Shown here in pieces: positions 27,076-36,940 of a stretch of 64,000 bases of DNA. The position numbers and the translations under genes are program-made. Origin of the DNA: a virus (taxonomy: Duplodnaviria > Caudoviricetes); the IMG/VR virus record IMGVR_UViG_2744054987_000003, positions 32,001 to 96,000 of that record; one strand, written 5' to 3'. The notes under the pieces are model-generated. The model worked only from the letters and a program-made list of their open reading frames with translations, made no database searches and had not been told where the DNA came from. The first letter of the stretch is position 1. The number at the start of each line of letters is the position of its first letter.

Positions 27076-27792
27076 TCAATACAACCTCTCTGTTGTGTTG
27101 GGAACCAGATGCCCACCAGACGCCATGTACTTGCGCAGCTCGTCTGGCTTGCCTTGCAACGCACGCACCTTGTCGCGTACTTCCGCATTTATGGCAGCGT
27201 AAATCTCACAAGTAGGGTCAACCGTCAGCCCTCGCGGATGCCACAGGTGCATGGCGCTGCCTTGCATGTATTCGATACCTGCGGTGAAGGTCCGCAGCAT
27301 GACGGCCATGACATCGTCTTCGTAGCCCCAGCCCCGCAACTCCGCGAAGCCGCCTACTTGGTCGTATGCCTTACGCGACAGCGCCATCACGCCTGATGCG
27401 TGGTCGTGCATGACGGCCCAGTCCTCTGTCTGCGGCGCAACGAAGAAGTTGCCTTCTTGCATCAGGCGATCACTGGAGAACTGATCGAGGTACATGTAAG
27501 CGCTGTAGGGGAAGACGCAGCCGCCAGTCTCATGCGCTCGGCGCACAGCTGCTTCAAGCATCTGCGGGTCACTGATGTTATCGGCGTCGTGGAACACAGC
27601 GACATCCCACTCACCTGCCGACCGAGCGGCGTTGTTGCGCGCCGCGCCCCGATTGAATGTTCCCGGCTCACTATCGCCTTCATAGATCATCCAGTCACGG
27701 TGGTGGCGGCGCAGCCAGCCTTCGACGAAGCACCACAGCTCGTCTCGCCGTCCGCCGTCACCTCTGCGCGGCACCAGTATGACGACCCTCAT
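27076..27792 (-). CDS. Glycosyltransferase (GT2/GT7-C), paralogue of 25957-26688
   Basis: FNRGAARN, HDAD, GGFAELRGWGYED, HLWH. Confidence 0.85.
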   Translation of the reverse strand: MRVVILVPRRGDGGRRDELWCFVEGWLRRHHRDWMIYEGDSEPGTFNRGAARNNAARSAGEWDVAVFHDADNISDPQMLEAAVRRAHETGGCVFPYSAYMYLDQFSSDRLMQEGNFFVAPQTEDWAVMHDHASGVMALSRKAYDQVGGFAELRGWGYEDDVMAVMLRTFTAGIEYMQGSAMHLWHPRGLTVDPTCEIYAAINAEVRDKVRALQGKPDELRKYMASGGHLVPNTTERLY

Positions 27793-28427
27793 GTCTGCCC
27801 CAGGTCGAAAAGCGCGAGTTCGTGATTGCTTCCGCCGGGGAACTCAGGAACACCCTCAATCCTCCCGGCCAGACTGAAAGGTGCTGCTTCCAGGTTGATG
27901 GGGCGGCAGTAGTATCCCGGCAGGTTCTCGTCACCGCCGTCGAGCGGGCAACTCGCGTCGTTGGGTGCGCCGGGGTAGTGAGTTGCCGCCAGGTAGCGAC
28001 TGCCGCTGGCCTTGAACTTCTCCAACACAAGAGTGATGCACTCGTTCGGGAGATGAATCATGAAGTCGCGGCACAGGATCAGGTCCACCTTCGGCACGGA
28101 ATCGACGGTCAGCAGGTTGACGACAGAAAGGTTGCAGTCGGGGAAGCGTGCGCGGTTGTGGTCGATGATAAAGGGTTCGACATCCCAGCCGGTGTAGTCG
28201 ATACCCGTCAGGTCGACGTGCTGAATCCAGTTGCGGTCTCCGCATGGCGCATCCAGCATCGTCTTGATGCCGTACCGCTCAAAAATAGAGGGCAGCCAGT
28301 CGCGGATGGGCTTGGTCAGCCCTACCTTGGAACCCCACCCGCTGTAGGTCTCGCTGCCATGGACCTCAAAGCGGTCGAGGTATGTCGTCCATGCCGTCGC
28401 CTGCCGTTCGATGAATCCTTTATCCAT
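27789..28427 (-). CDS. Class I SAM-dependent methyltransferase
   Basis: SGWGS, MLDAPCGD.NW, DLILCRD..IHL. Confidence 0.85.
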   Translation of the reverse strand: MDKGFIERQATAWTTYLDRFEVHGSETYSGWGSKVGLTKPIRDWLPSIFERYGIKTMLDAPCGDRNWIQHVDLTGIDYTGWDVEPFIIDHNRARFPDCNLSVVNLLTVDSVPKVDLILCRDFMIHLPNECITLVLEKFKASGSRYLAATHYPGAPNDASCPLDGGDENLPGYYCRPINLEAAPFSLAGRIEGVPEFPGGSNHELALFDLGQT

Positions 28428-29025
28428 TGTCTGTCCTCCAACTGTGGTGCCAGAGGTGGACTCCGAACGCCCACGGGTTCGATCCCCTGATCCGGTCGAG
28501 GTCGGTGATCAACGCTTTGTGGGTGTAATGCACGGGGTAGAACACACCCGGTGGCAGCAGCAGCATGTCGTCGCGGCCCTTGAAGACCTCGGTGGTGACG
28601 CCGACACCGGCCTCCCAGGTGCCCAGCGACTGGCGTGCGACCGCCAGTCCGAGTACCTGAGCCAGTGCGGGGTGTCCCGGCGCGAAGCCCATGACGGCGT
28701 TGGGGATGGCGCGATCGTCCTCCCAGGCGGCGAAGGCCCCGCAGGAGACCAGCGTGTCGAATGACTTCCAGCACAGGTAGTCCGAGTCGATGTAGACGCC
28801 GCCGTTGTGGTAGAGGTATTCAGCGCGTACAAGGTCGGCGAGCTGTGCTCCGGTCTGGCAGTTGTCCCAGTGCGGTGAGGTGATCGGGAAGCCGTCACGG
28901 TCGATGGGATCGCGCAGCGTCACCCACTCCCACTCGGGGTGCAGACCAGTGGCGATGCGCCAGAGTTCTTCGGTCTCCTCGCTGGTGTGCTCGGGCACAG
29001 TGCGGACCAGGGTGCGAGGGATCAT
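28420..29025 (-). CDS. GT32/OCH1-like DXD glycosyltransferase
   Basis: MIPRTL...ADLVRAEYLYHNGGVYIDSD...HLWHHSW. Confidence 0.85.
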   Translation of the reverse strand: MIPRTLVRTVPEHTSEETEELWRIATGLHPEWEWVTLRDPIDRDGFPITSPHWDNCQTGAQLADLVRAEYLYHNGGVYIDSDYLCWKSFDTLVSCGAFAAWEDDRAIPNAVMGFAPGHPALAQVLGLAVARQSLGTWEAGVGVTTEVFKGRDDMLLLPPGVFYPVHYTHKALITDLDRIRGSNPWAFGVHLWHHSWRTDNG

Positions 29026-29384
29026 TGTGCGGTCCCGTAGTTGATGACCGGAATGCCTGCGCGCTTGGCCTCTCTCATGCAATGACGGGTGCCACGACTA
29101 GGCCCTAAAGGGAACGCAAGGCAGACATCAGCGCCCAGCTCAACCATGGCCTTGTTGCGCAAACGACCAGCCGCCCGCCCGTACTTCTCCCACTGCGCCG
29201 GGTATGCCTCAGTGGGCAAGTCCAGCTCCTCACACACACGATCGGCTATGTCGTCCGCACCACGAGCACCGCCATGAATGATTACAACATCGTCGGCGTC
29301 TTGGATGGCCTCGCGAATAGCTTGAAGCACCGCGTCGTAGTCAGGCCAGTCGCGGCTTCCAGTCACCAGGATTCGCTTCGTCAC
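29022..29384 (-). CDS. SLOG family (DUF2493/YspA-like) protein
   Basis: RILVTGSRDW...HGGARGAD...PAQW...AG..RN..M...SRGT. Confidence 0.85.
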   Translation of the reverse strand: MTKRILVTGSRDWPDYDAVLQAIREAIQDADDVVIIHGGARGADDIADRVCEELDLPTEAYPAQWEKYGRAAGRLRNKAMVELGADVCLAFPLGPSRGTRHCMREAKRAGIPVINYGTAQ

Positions 29385-29540
29385 GTTAACGCCCACTTTT
29401 CCGATGCTGATCCACTGCCTCCGCGCAGTGGTTGCAAAACCAGTCGGGGGAGCCGTTGACGACGCGCAGCATGGTGCCCACACGCGGGCAGTCACGCCCG
29501 GCGCAACTAGCTTTGCGCTTCTTGTCGGAGTAGCGGGACA

Positions 29541-29897
29541 CTAGGGAGTGGAGTTGCTGTTCAAGGCGGCCAGCGCTTCGTTGGCCAGCTCGACGATCTT
29601 GGCCTCGAATACTTCTTCGGCGATGCGCCGGACGTCGGCAGACGTCAGCGGCGACATCTGGACGGTGGGGATGGCGGGCGGCACAGCACTCTTGAGGTAC
29701 TTGTCCCAGTCCTCGGCGGGGTCCGACAGATCAACCTCACCCATCGAGCAGTCCAGGCACTCATGTTCCTGCTCGTAGAGCGCCAGCAAGTCCTCGGAAG
29801 TGAGGGATGCAGGCTGCATGTCGCGGTAGGGCGAATACATCCACCCGGTCAGCACGTCGGCACACCGATCCACGAACTGCGATAAACGCGACACCAT
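29541..29897 (-). CDS. Hypothetical protein
   Basis: AGGAGA RBS before the ATG at 29897. Confidence 0.6.
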   Translation of the reverse strand: MVSRLSQFVDRCADVLTGWMYSPYRDMQPASLTSEDLLALYEQEHECLDCSMGEVDLSDPAEDWDKYLKSAVPPAIPTVQMSPLTSADVRRIAEEVFEAKIVELANEALAALNSNSTP

Positions 29898-30084
29898 TCT
29901 CCTATGTGCAGGGTTTTGTGAACTTGCGCCACTGCTCGAAGACGCTGGCGAATCCGAAGGCGGCGGCACGTTGGTGAAGAACCTCATTGATGTAGGGCGG
30001 AAGCGGCGGATTCTCACCGAGAGGTTGGTCTTCATCTGCGAGCGCCATGGCTGCCTCCGCTGTGAGAGTTCCTACTCATTAGGG

Positions 30085-30534
30085 CTAGATGATTAGCTTC
30101 TTTATAGGGTCGTCCCGCTTGGAACCATCCTCGCGGATGAAGCCTCCATCGCCGTTGAGCAGACCCGAGGTGATCTCGTGCTTCTGACGTTCGTGGTCGT
30201 ATTCGGGGAGCTTGTCGGTGCGCGCTACCACAACGACTTTGGGGTTCCAGTAGAGGTTCTTGTCGTCGGGATCATCGCTGACGTTGGGACTGAAATTGTC
30301 CGGGTTGTTCTCGTCCTCCCAGGTCCACAGAACATCCACCACCAAGCCGATCTCGGCGCAGCGCTCGCGTGCCTCCTCGGCGAAGGTGCGTTTGACTGCG
30401 TCCTCCTGGTCGACAGTGAGCACACCCCTGAACGAATGGCGCTGCATGAGCGCGGCGACGATGCCGCGAAGCGCCTTCTTCTCGCTGTCATAAAGCTCGG
30501 CTACCTCGTGCCCGATAGGCGGCGGCGTTCCCAT
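30085..30534 (-). CDS. Hypothetical protein
   Basis: MGTPPPIG...; TAATG coupling. Confidence 0.7.
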   Translation of the reverse strand: MGTPPPIGHEVAELYDSEKKALRGIVAALMQRHSFRGVLTVDQEDAVKRTFAEEARERCAEIGLVVDVLWTWEDENNPDNFSPNVSDDPDDKNLYWNPKVVVVARTDKLPEYDHERQKHEITSGLLNGDGGFIREDGSKRDDPIKKLII

Positions 30535-30700
30535 TATTCTCCATCCTCCAAAAGATGTCGCGGGACAATGGTCATCTCGGCTTGTTCTGCCGCTGTGTAT
30601 TTGTGCATCTCCATGGATGCGCGCTCGTAACGATCTGTCACGCACACGATTTGGGGGAAGCGTCCTGACTCGCGTGTGAACATCAGGACGTAGACATTTC

Positions 30701-30880
30701 TCATGCCTCCGTCAGCTGCTTGAGGCGTTCGACGGCGTGGTCGACCACGCGAAGGGCGTGCGTGCTGTCGAATCCTCCCGAAGTGATGGGAGGCTCCCAA
30801 CACATCGAGCCAGCGCCAACGACCTGTGCCATCAGCGACTCAATGCTTTCCGCGTCATGGAAAAGGTTCTGCTCTGTCAT
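30701..30880 (-). CDS. Hypothetical protein (GAGSMCWE..GGFDS family)
   Basis: ATGA overlaps. Confidence 0.65.
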   Translation of the reverse strand: MTEQNLFHDAESIESLMAQVVGAGSMCWEPPITSGGFDSTHALRVVDHAVERLKQLTEA

Positions 30881-31875
30881 GAGACGAGCAGCTGTTCGCA
30901 CGTCTGGCAACGGCGGATGGTCTCGGCGGTGTCGAAACTCAGCCGACCGCCGAGCTGCTGCAAGGCCAGCTGGGTGCTGTACTTGACGCCCTGGTTGGCG
31001 ACCGTGGTGAAGCACTGGGTGACGTCGTAGACGCTGGCGTTCGACGGCAACTGGTTGATCAGATCCATGATCGTGTTGCGTACCCGCACAGGCAGACCGA
31101 CTTCGCGAGCCAACTGCATAGCGAAGGCCAGCGGCGAGCCGGGCGGAGCGATCTCGGCAGTGGCCGCATAGCTTTCCAGCTGCCTGTCGAGGGTGCCGAG
31201 CACCTGCTCTGCGGCGCACTCCATCTCGTCAAGCACTTCTTCGATCGTGCGGCCCTTGAGCTTGATCTGGCCCTGCTTGAGGTCAGTGGTCATGCCGTTG
31301 GTGCACGCCAGGCGGCACAGATAGGTCGAAACCACCGGTGCCTTGACCTGGTTGGGATAAACCAGGAAGCGCACGCCTCCGGCGGTGATGTCACCGACCT
31401 CAGGCCGTCCAGGGATGCCGTTGGGGTTGGGTACGTCGACCTGGTAGCGGTCGCTGGAGACGTCGAGGTGGAATGTCTTGTCGTCGCGGCGGAAGTCGCG
31501 AACGTCGTCCTCGGGCAAAAACACTCGGGTGACCATGTCGACAACCTCATCGAGCGGCAGCATCAGCAGACCGCGTGGGTAGATGCTGACGAGGTTGTTG
31601 CCGATGCCTTCGACGACGGTCTCGGCCTCCGACCATTTGTCACGCCAGTAGCGCATGGTGGTGGCCCGAAAGTCGACCGGGCAGGACTTGAGGTAGGGGG
31701 TCGGGATCTTGAGATACTTGCCGAACAGCGAGGTGGCCTGCTCGTCGAGCATGAACGGCTGGTCGTTGACGGTGATGGAGCTGGCATCGTCAGCGATGTC
31801 GATCTCGCCGAGCGTGGTAGCGATGCGCAATTCGTTGCGCCCCATCATCGATGCTTCGAGTTCCTTGACCTTCAT
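30877..31875 (-). CDS. DUF932-like protein
   Basis: 332 aa; RLACTNGM and YDVTQ.FT motifs. Confidence 0.7.
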   Translation of the reverse strand: MKVKELEASMMGRNELRIATTLGEIDIADDASSITVNDQPFMLDEQATSLFGKYLKIPTPYLKSCPVDFRATTMRYWRDKWSEAETVVEGIGNNLVSIYPRGLLMLPLDEVVDMVTRVFLPEDDVRDFRRDDKTFHLDVSSDRYQVDVPNPNGIPGRPEVGDITAGGVRFLVYPNQVKAPVVSTYLCRLACTNGMTTDLKQGQIKLKGRTIEEVLDEMECAAEQVLGTLDRQLESYAATAEIAPPGSPLAFAMQLAREVGLPVRVRNTIMDLINQLPSNASVYDVTQCFTTVANQGVKYSTQLALQQLGGRLSFDTAETIRRCQTCEQLLVS

Positions 31876-31921
31876 GCAGCGAGACTCCCTGGTCGGATGC
31901 TAGACAGTTAACGGATGAAAG

Positions 31922-32968
31922 CTATATTAGCACTAGCCATGTGCCCCACGCCACCGTCAGTTTCGACGACGTGCCAACGGACTTGACAGTAGTTGTGTAG
32001 GGGATGGCTATCGTCGTGTCGGTGCAGCGGAGGTTGGGTTGAAACTCCAGCGTGCCCCCGGCGTAGCTGCCGTCGGCGGTCGAGCCGAGCGGCACCGAGT
32101 CGGCCTGCTTCGTCCAGGGAGTCTTGCCCGGCCTGCGTGCCCACACCCGCGCGCTGGCCGCGCCCGTGTCGGCGTCGATCTCCACTGTGGAGATCATCAG
32201 CGAATCACGGTAGGTGGCAGTCGACACCGGGCCGTGGGTGGTGATGTCCAGTGGTGCCATCTCGCCGGGGTCCGCACTCCAGGCCGACTCTCCCACGCCG
32301 TAGCGCCAAGTGGGATCGGTGATCTGGCCAGGCGTGTCTGAGGCTGTGCGGTTGACGCCGATGCGACTCCAGTGCTTCTTGCGAAGGTACAGCTGGTTGG
32401 TATCGGCTCCTGAACCGATGACGACGATGGAGTCGTTGGTGAGATAGACGCCGCGATGAAACGACACGGACTCTCCGGTCGAAGAGGTCACCGGCTGCAT
32501 TGGCTCAGCTTGCGCAGACAGCATCTGAACGCGCTGCGGGTCGTAGCGCAAATGTTGGATCAGTCCGGTATCGCCTGTGGCCGACAGGGCATATAGGTAG
32601 GTGGTATCGCGACTGCATGCCGCGACCAGTGTGCCGCTGGCGTGGGGGATGGCGTACGACTGTCCGATCATGGTGCTGTAGCCTGCGCTGTCGATTTGTG
32701 TCCAGCCGGGCGTGGCGTCTTCGGTGTAGGTGCTGTAGCTGCCGACGTCAGAAGCTGACAGCGTGGCGTCATGCCAACGTCGGGAGAACAGCATCACGAA
32801 CACACCGGGCCGTGTGGGATGGAAGTGCACTGGCTGCGCCGCAGCGAAGTTGTCCAGGTCGTAGATGCTGCCCGCCGACAGATCGTCGGTGGATCTGTTG
32901 GTGGTGATGACCGAAATGCCGTCAGCGTCGAGCGCCTCCGCTGGGCGGGGCGTACGGACGGTGCCCAT
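31922..32968 (-). CDS. Hypothetical beta-rich protein, possibly virion-associated (348 aa)
   Basis: Long ORF, Ser/Thr/Trp-rich. Confidence 0.7.
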   Translation of the reverse strand: MGTVRTPRPAEALDADGISVITTNRSTDDLSAGSIYDLDNFAAAQPVHFHPTRPGVFVMLFSRRWHDATLSASDVGSYSTYTEDATPGWTQIDSAGYSTMIGQSYAIPHASGTLVAACSRDTTYLYALSATGDTGLIQHLRYDPQRVQMLSAQAEPMQPVTSSTGESVSFHRGVYLTNDSIVVIGSGADTNQLYLRKKHWSRIGVNRTASDTPGQITDPTWRYGVGESAWSADPGEMAPLDITTHGPVSTATYRDSLMISTVEIDADTGAASARVWARRPGKTPWTKQADSVPLGSTADGSYAGGTLEFQPNLRCTDTTIAIPYTTTVKSVGTSSKLTVAWGTWLVLI

Positions 32969-33121
32969 CAGAAGCCGTGCTTTTCGAGCAGTGCACGCAG
33001 ATCATGCGCAACAGCTGGCAGATGGTCGGGCTGATCCAACTCTGCGATGTAACCGCGCAGTTCTGACATGAAGTTGTCGCGGTGGTGCAGCTGAAACTTT
33101 GGGGGAGTGAAAGACCCACGC

Positions 33122-33817
33122 TTAGTACTCATCGTCGTCATCGTCCTCGTCGTCGAAGTCCGGCTCGTCGGTGGTGACCTCGCTGACCTCTGCCTCGATG
33201 ACAGTGCCGGGCGCGGCGTCGATGCGTGCGAGCATCGCTGGTATTTGTTCTTGAGGAACGAACTCTTGCACCGCTGCAATGATGCGGTTCTGGCGAGCGA
33301 TCAGCTCAGCGATCTGCTGCGAGCCAGCGTCTTTGCGAGTCATCTCGTGCAGTTGTACTGCCGCTTTGGCCCCGACGTCGAACGGGACGACGGTGTTCTC
33401 GTCGATGAGGTTCGACCAGCCTTTGAGCATCACCACTTCCAGGTAGCTCATGGCATTGACGGCTGCACCGGTGCGCTCGACGACGTCGGGATCGTTGTCG
33501 ATGGCGCGCTGCTGCACGATGCTCTCGTAGATCATGCCTGCCGCGCGAGAGGTATCGAAGTGCTTCTGCTGGTGCAGTCGCAGGTTGTGGTAGGTGATCT
33601 TGTCGTTGCCCTCGCGCTCGACATTGACTGTGCTGTCGAGGATTTCCATGATAGAGGGACGAGTCAATCCCATGCCAAGAAGCTTGTTGACGAACTGGCG
33701 CAGCCCTTCGTCCTTGCACACCTTACAGCGAGGCTCAATGTGCTTGATCTTGGCAAGCTCGGCCCGGACTTCCTTTTGCAGTTCGGGGTCAAGTTCGTCG
33801 CTGGTAATGGTGCTCAG
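33122..33817 (-). CDS. Zn/HTH-like DNA-binding protein with a non-canonical start (CTG 33817 or ATT 33808)
   Basis: Frame open 32 codons beyond the ORF-track GTG and completes EPRCKVC; acidic tail. Confidence 0.6.
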   Translation of the reverse strand: MSTITSDELDPELQKEVRAELAKIKHIEPRCKVCKDEGLRQFVNKLLGMGLTRPSIMEILDSTVNVEREGNDKITYHNLRLHQQKHFDTSRAAGMIYESIVQQRAIDNDPDVVERTGAAVNAMSYLEVVMLKGWSNLIDENTVVPFDVGAKAAVQLHEMTRKDAGSQQIAELIARQNRIIAAVQEFVPQEQIPAMLARIDAAPGTVIEAEVSEVTTDEPDFDDEDDDDDEY

Positions 33818-34060
33818 TCCTCACTGTGGCCGCTGCTGCGTTTGCCTGGTCGGGTGCCCGCCAGGGGATTGTGTACGCGGTTGTAGATCCCGCAAACCAA
33901 TGACGAGTCCGCCACGCCAAGGTGGTTGCCGATCTCGCGTTCCTGACGCAGCTTCATCTGGTCGTTGGACAGCCAGCTACTGCCCGGTGCCCGCCGCCCC
34001 AGCCACTTGGCTGCTTCTTCTTCCAGCTTGTAGTCCAAGCCGCTCTTGAGCGGCATGGGC

Positions 34061-34609
34061 TTATCCTTGGCTGCCACTTCGCACCGCCGGAGTGTCGGAC
34101 ACAGTCTTGGTGGACTCAATCAGCTGATCCGTTTGAGACAGAGCGTCTTTGAGGTCGTCCATCTTGGCAAGCAACTCCTGCCTAGCTGCCTGCGCTGCCT
34201 TGGCAACGTGGCCTTGCAGAATGGGGTGAAGACTCATAAATATCCTCCAGTGGTCGGCTACTGCTGCACGCACGTGGTCGTACGTGTCTACGAGCTTTTG
34301 CAATGCAGCGGCATAGGCGGACTGCAATTCGTCTGGACTAGAGAAGATGTCTTGGCCCCCGGCGGCGAAACCTGACTCTGCGTCATGGCCGTCGATACCC
34401 ATGAGGTCAAAAGCCGCCGTGCTGTGCTCGTCAAGTGTCCCTAACGTGTTGAGGAGATCGTAATAGCCGAACTCCTCGCCGTCGTAGATCAGCACATCGG
34501 AGGCAGTGCCCAACACGATCTGTTCACGCCACTGAGTGATGTGCAGATAGAGCTGACGAAAAATATCGACGCGCGTGGCAGGCGGCTCCGGCAGGGACTT
34601 GGGCGGCAT
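34061..34609 (-). CDS. Hypothetical protein (182 aa)
   Basis: ORF track. Confidence 0.7.
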   Translation of the reverse strand: MPPKSLPEPPATRVDIFRQLYLHITQWREQIVLGTASDVLIYDGEEFGYYDLLNTLGTLDEHSTAAFDLMGIDGHDAESGFAAGGQDIFSSPDELQSAYAAALQKLVDTYDHVRAAVADHWRIFMSLHPILQGHVAKAAQAARQELLAKMDDLKDALSQTDQLIESTKTVSDTPAVRSGSQG

Positions 34610-34611
34610 GG

Positions 34612-35292
34612 CTACTGACTTCTGGTCTGTCGATAGCGGACATTCTCCAACCGCCTGATGAACTGCTGGACCTCCTTGTGGAACGAATCCGCCGCAGAGT
34701 ACAGGCAGTAACGAAAGTAGGCGTGATAACGGTCAATTCGGCTGGCCTGGTTCGACCGGGCAGTGCGGTCACCCTGGGTGCCCTCGATGCTGCTGAACCA
34801 GGCGTCGTCGTGAGTGTCGCGAGAGACGTGGTGTGCGTAGACGGCTTCGCGCATCAGTTCATCGATTCGCGGCGCGATCTCCAACATGAGCCGTTGCAGT
34901 CGCAGGATGGCGGTCTCGATGTCTTGGCCGGTCAGCTGCGAGATGTCTTCGACAGGGTGATCATGCTCATCGAGTTTCCAGACGATTCGTCCGCTTGAGT
35001 CGATCCTGGTTGTGCCGTGCTCGGTGACGTCAGGAACTCTCATGCTGGCGTAGAAGTCATCGATGACGGCGATGACGTCGCCATACAGCTCGAAGAACAC
35101 ACTGTTGGCTGCCGCGCTGACCCGGTCGAGAATCGCCTTGTCCTGCGCGCCCCAGGCGAATCGGATCTTGGTGAAAATACCGATGCGTTCTTGGGCTAGC
35201 ACGTCCTGCGGGAGCTGTTCGTCGATGGGAGCAACGAACTCGTCGCCCATCTCACTGACCACCTTCTCGGCCAGATCGCCCAGCATCGTCAC
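34612..35292 (-). CDS. Hypothetical protein (226 aa)
   Basis: ORF track; GAAAGGA RBS. Confidence 0.75.
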   Translation of the reverse strand: MTMLGDLAEKVVSEMGDEFVAPIDEQLPQDVLAQERIGIFTKIRFAWGAQDKAILDRVSAAANSVFFELYGDVIAVIDDFYASMRVPDVTEHGTTRIDSSGRIVWKLDEHDHPVEDISQLTGQDIETAILRLQRLMLEIAPRIDELMREAVYAHHVSRDTHDDAWFSSIEGTQGDRTARSNQASRIDRYHAYFRYCLYSAADSFHKEVQQFIRRLENVRYRQTRSQ

Positions 35293-35359
35293 TCGGAGAC
35301 TAGTCCTTTCCTAGACACTGATGCAGCACATGCCATAATAACATAAGAGTAATTGGCAT

Positions 35360-35731
35360 TTACGAAGTTTGACGCCACCCTGGATCTTGTGCCGCACGGA
35401 GTATGTTCAGTAAGTCTCCAAGCGTCGTCACGACGTACTGCTGATCGGGCGCACCCTTGCCGTGGCGCTTCTTCACCAGGACTCCCGCCAGCGCACCGGC
35501 GTTGAGCGCCTCACGCTGCGCCTCGCCGAGAGCGCCGGACAGATCAGCGGCCTTGACGTTCTTGCACTCGATGACGACCTCATGGTCGTGGATGTAGAAG
35601 TTGGCAATGTCGCCCTGGTCATGCGCGCCGGTCTTGACCCTGCGATCGATGTAACGACTCCAGTTGTCTTTGAGGTAGTCCGCGATCGAGCGCTCAAACG
35701 TCGCGCCCTTCTTACCGTTGGGGTTAGCCAT
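35360..35731 (-). CDS. Holliday-junction resolvase (PD-(D/E)XK)
   Basis: KGATFER...D.GDI...IECK. Confidence 0.8.
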   Translation of the reverse strand: MANPNGKKGATFERSIADYLKDNWSRYIDRRVKTGAHDQGDIANFYIHDHEVVIECKNVKAADLSGALGEAQREALNAGALAGVLVKKRHGKGAPDQQYVVTTLGDLLNILRAAQDPGWRQTS

Positions 35732-35937
35732 CAGGGGCACTCTCCTGTGTGTATTAGCCAGCACTCGGTACACGGCTTCTCATCAGTGGACGCCAGCTCG
35801 GGGCAGTCGACGTGCACGACCTCATCGTCCTCGTCGTATCGGGCCTGGTCTCCAGGCTGGATGTCGATGCCGCAGTTGGCGCACTCACTGGTGTAGCGTG
35901 CGGCGAACGTCGGGATGTGGCTGAAGCCGATCTTCAT
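35731..35937 (-). CDS. Small zinc-binding protein
   Basis: CANC...HVDC...CTEC..H...C. Confidence 0.7.
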   Translation of the reverse strand: MKIGFSHIPTFAARYTSECANCGIDIQPGDQARYDEDDEVVHVDCPELASTDEKPCTECWLIHTGECP

Positions 35938-36707
35938 GTTTTGTCCTTAAGCCAGCAGGCGTATCGCATTCTGCAACTGCGCATTTCCTTGGAGTTGTAC
36001 GCGCAGCACAGCGGCGGGGGAGTCTCGGTAGCCACGGCTTCGCGTACCTGGTCGAACTTGGCGTAAATCTCCCTCAACAGTTCATCGTTGCGGGGAACCC
36101 GAATCTCACGCAGTCGGTAGGGCCAACCGCTCTCCATCATGATGACGATGCCGTAGGTGAAGTCGGTGTCGTAGCGCTCGCCGAGGTTATCGCAAGCCAG
36201 CGACACCTGCGCTTCCCAGCTGGGCATGTCGGCCAGGGTGGTTTCGTCGAACTTGCGCGAAGTGCGAGTCTTCAATTCCAGCAGGACCGGCCCCTCGGTG
36301 GGGTGGTGCGCCACGGCGTCGGCCCGGCCGCGCACATGGTGCTCGACGTTGATGTATTCGACTTCGGTGTCGTCCTTGGTGAGAAGCTCTGCCATCTCCA
36401 TCTGCGTCTGCACGACCCCATGGACCGCAGTGCCCACCGACAGCGTCATCTCTCGCTGGATGCTGAACGGCTCCTCCTCGACGAGGTGGCGCGTCTTGGG
36501 GTTGAACAGATAGTAGAGCTGGCGTGCTGTCATCAAAGGATGCGTGCTGGGGTGGAAGTATCCATCGCCCTTGCCGTAGTACTCACCGCTGTCAATCGTG
36601 ATCTGATAGCTCTTGGGCCATCTGTCTGCGCGCATCTGGTTTTCGAGGATGGGCAGGATGAGTTCTTTTGACTCAAGGCTTTTGAGGATGTTGTCCCACG
36701 CAGGCAC
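35934..36707 (-). CDS. Cas4-like PD-(D/E)XK exonuclease
   Basis: FHPS, GTAVH, GRADA, ELKT and C-terminal Cys cluster. Confidence 0.8.
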   Translation of the reverse strand: MPAWDNILKSLESKELILPILENQMRADRWPKSYQITIDSGEYYGKGDGYFHPSTHPLMTARQLYYLFNPKTRHLVEEEPFSIQREMTLSVGTAVHGVVQTQMEMAELLTKDDTEVEYINVEHHVRGRADAVAHHPTEGPVLLELKTRTSRKFDETTLADMPSWEAQVSLACDNLGERYDTDFTYGIVIMMESGWPYRLREIRVPRNDELLREIYAKFDQVREAVATETPPPLCCAYNSKEMRSCRMRYACWLKDKT

Positions 36708-36940
36708 TACTTGGACCTCGCTTCCGTGGCCTCTGCCATGGTGTCGTAGTACTCAAGGTGGTACCCCGGATGAACAGTCAGCGAGATATTTCCGGCGACC
36801 CCCAGGCGTGCTACCAAATCGCCGTCGTCGGTGAAGATGTCCACCTCGTGCGCCATCATTTTGCCTGACTTACGAAAGCTGTCCGGCAGGTCAACGAGCG
36901 TGGTGAACTCGTGCCCCGGAAACAGCGTGTCATCGCGCAT
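36707..36940 (-). CDS. Hypothetical protein (77 aa)
   Basis: ORF track; coupled. Confidence 0.65.
   Translation of the reverse strand: MRDDTLFPGHEFTTLVDLPDSFRKSGKMMAHEVDIFTDDGDLVARLGVAGNISLTVHPGYHLEYYDTMAEATEARSK

Noticed and set aside
35934-36707. CRISPR-Cas system suggested by the Cas4-like gene
   Set aside because: No cas1/cas2 or array; solo Cas4-like nucleases near recA are common in phages.
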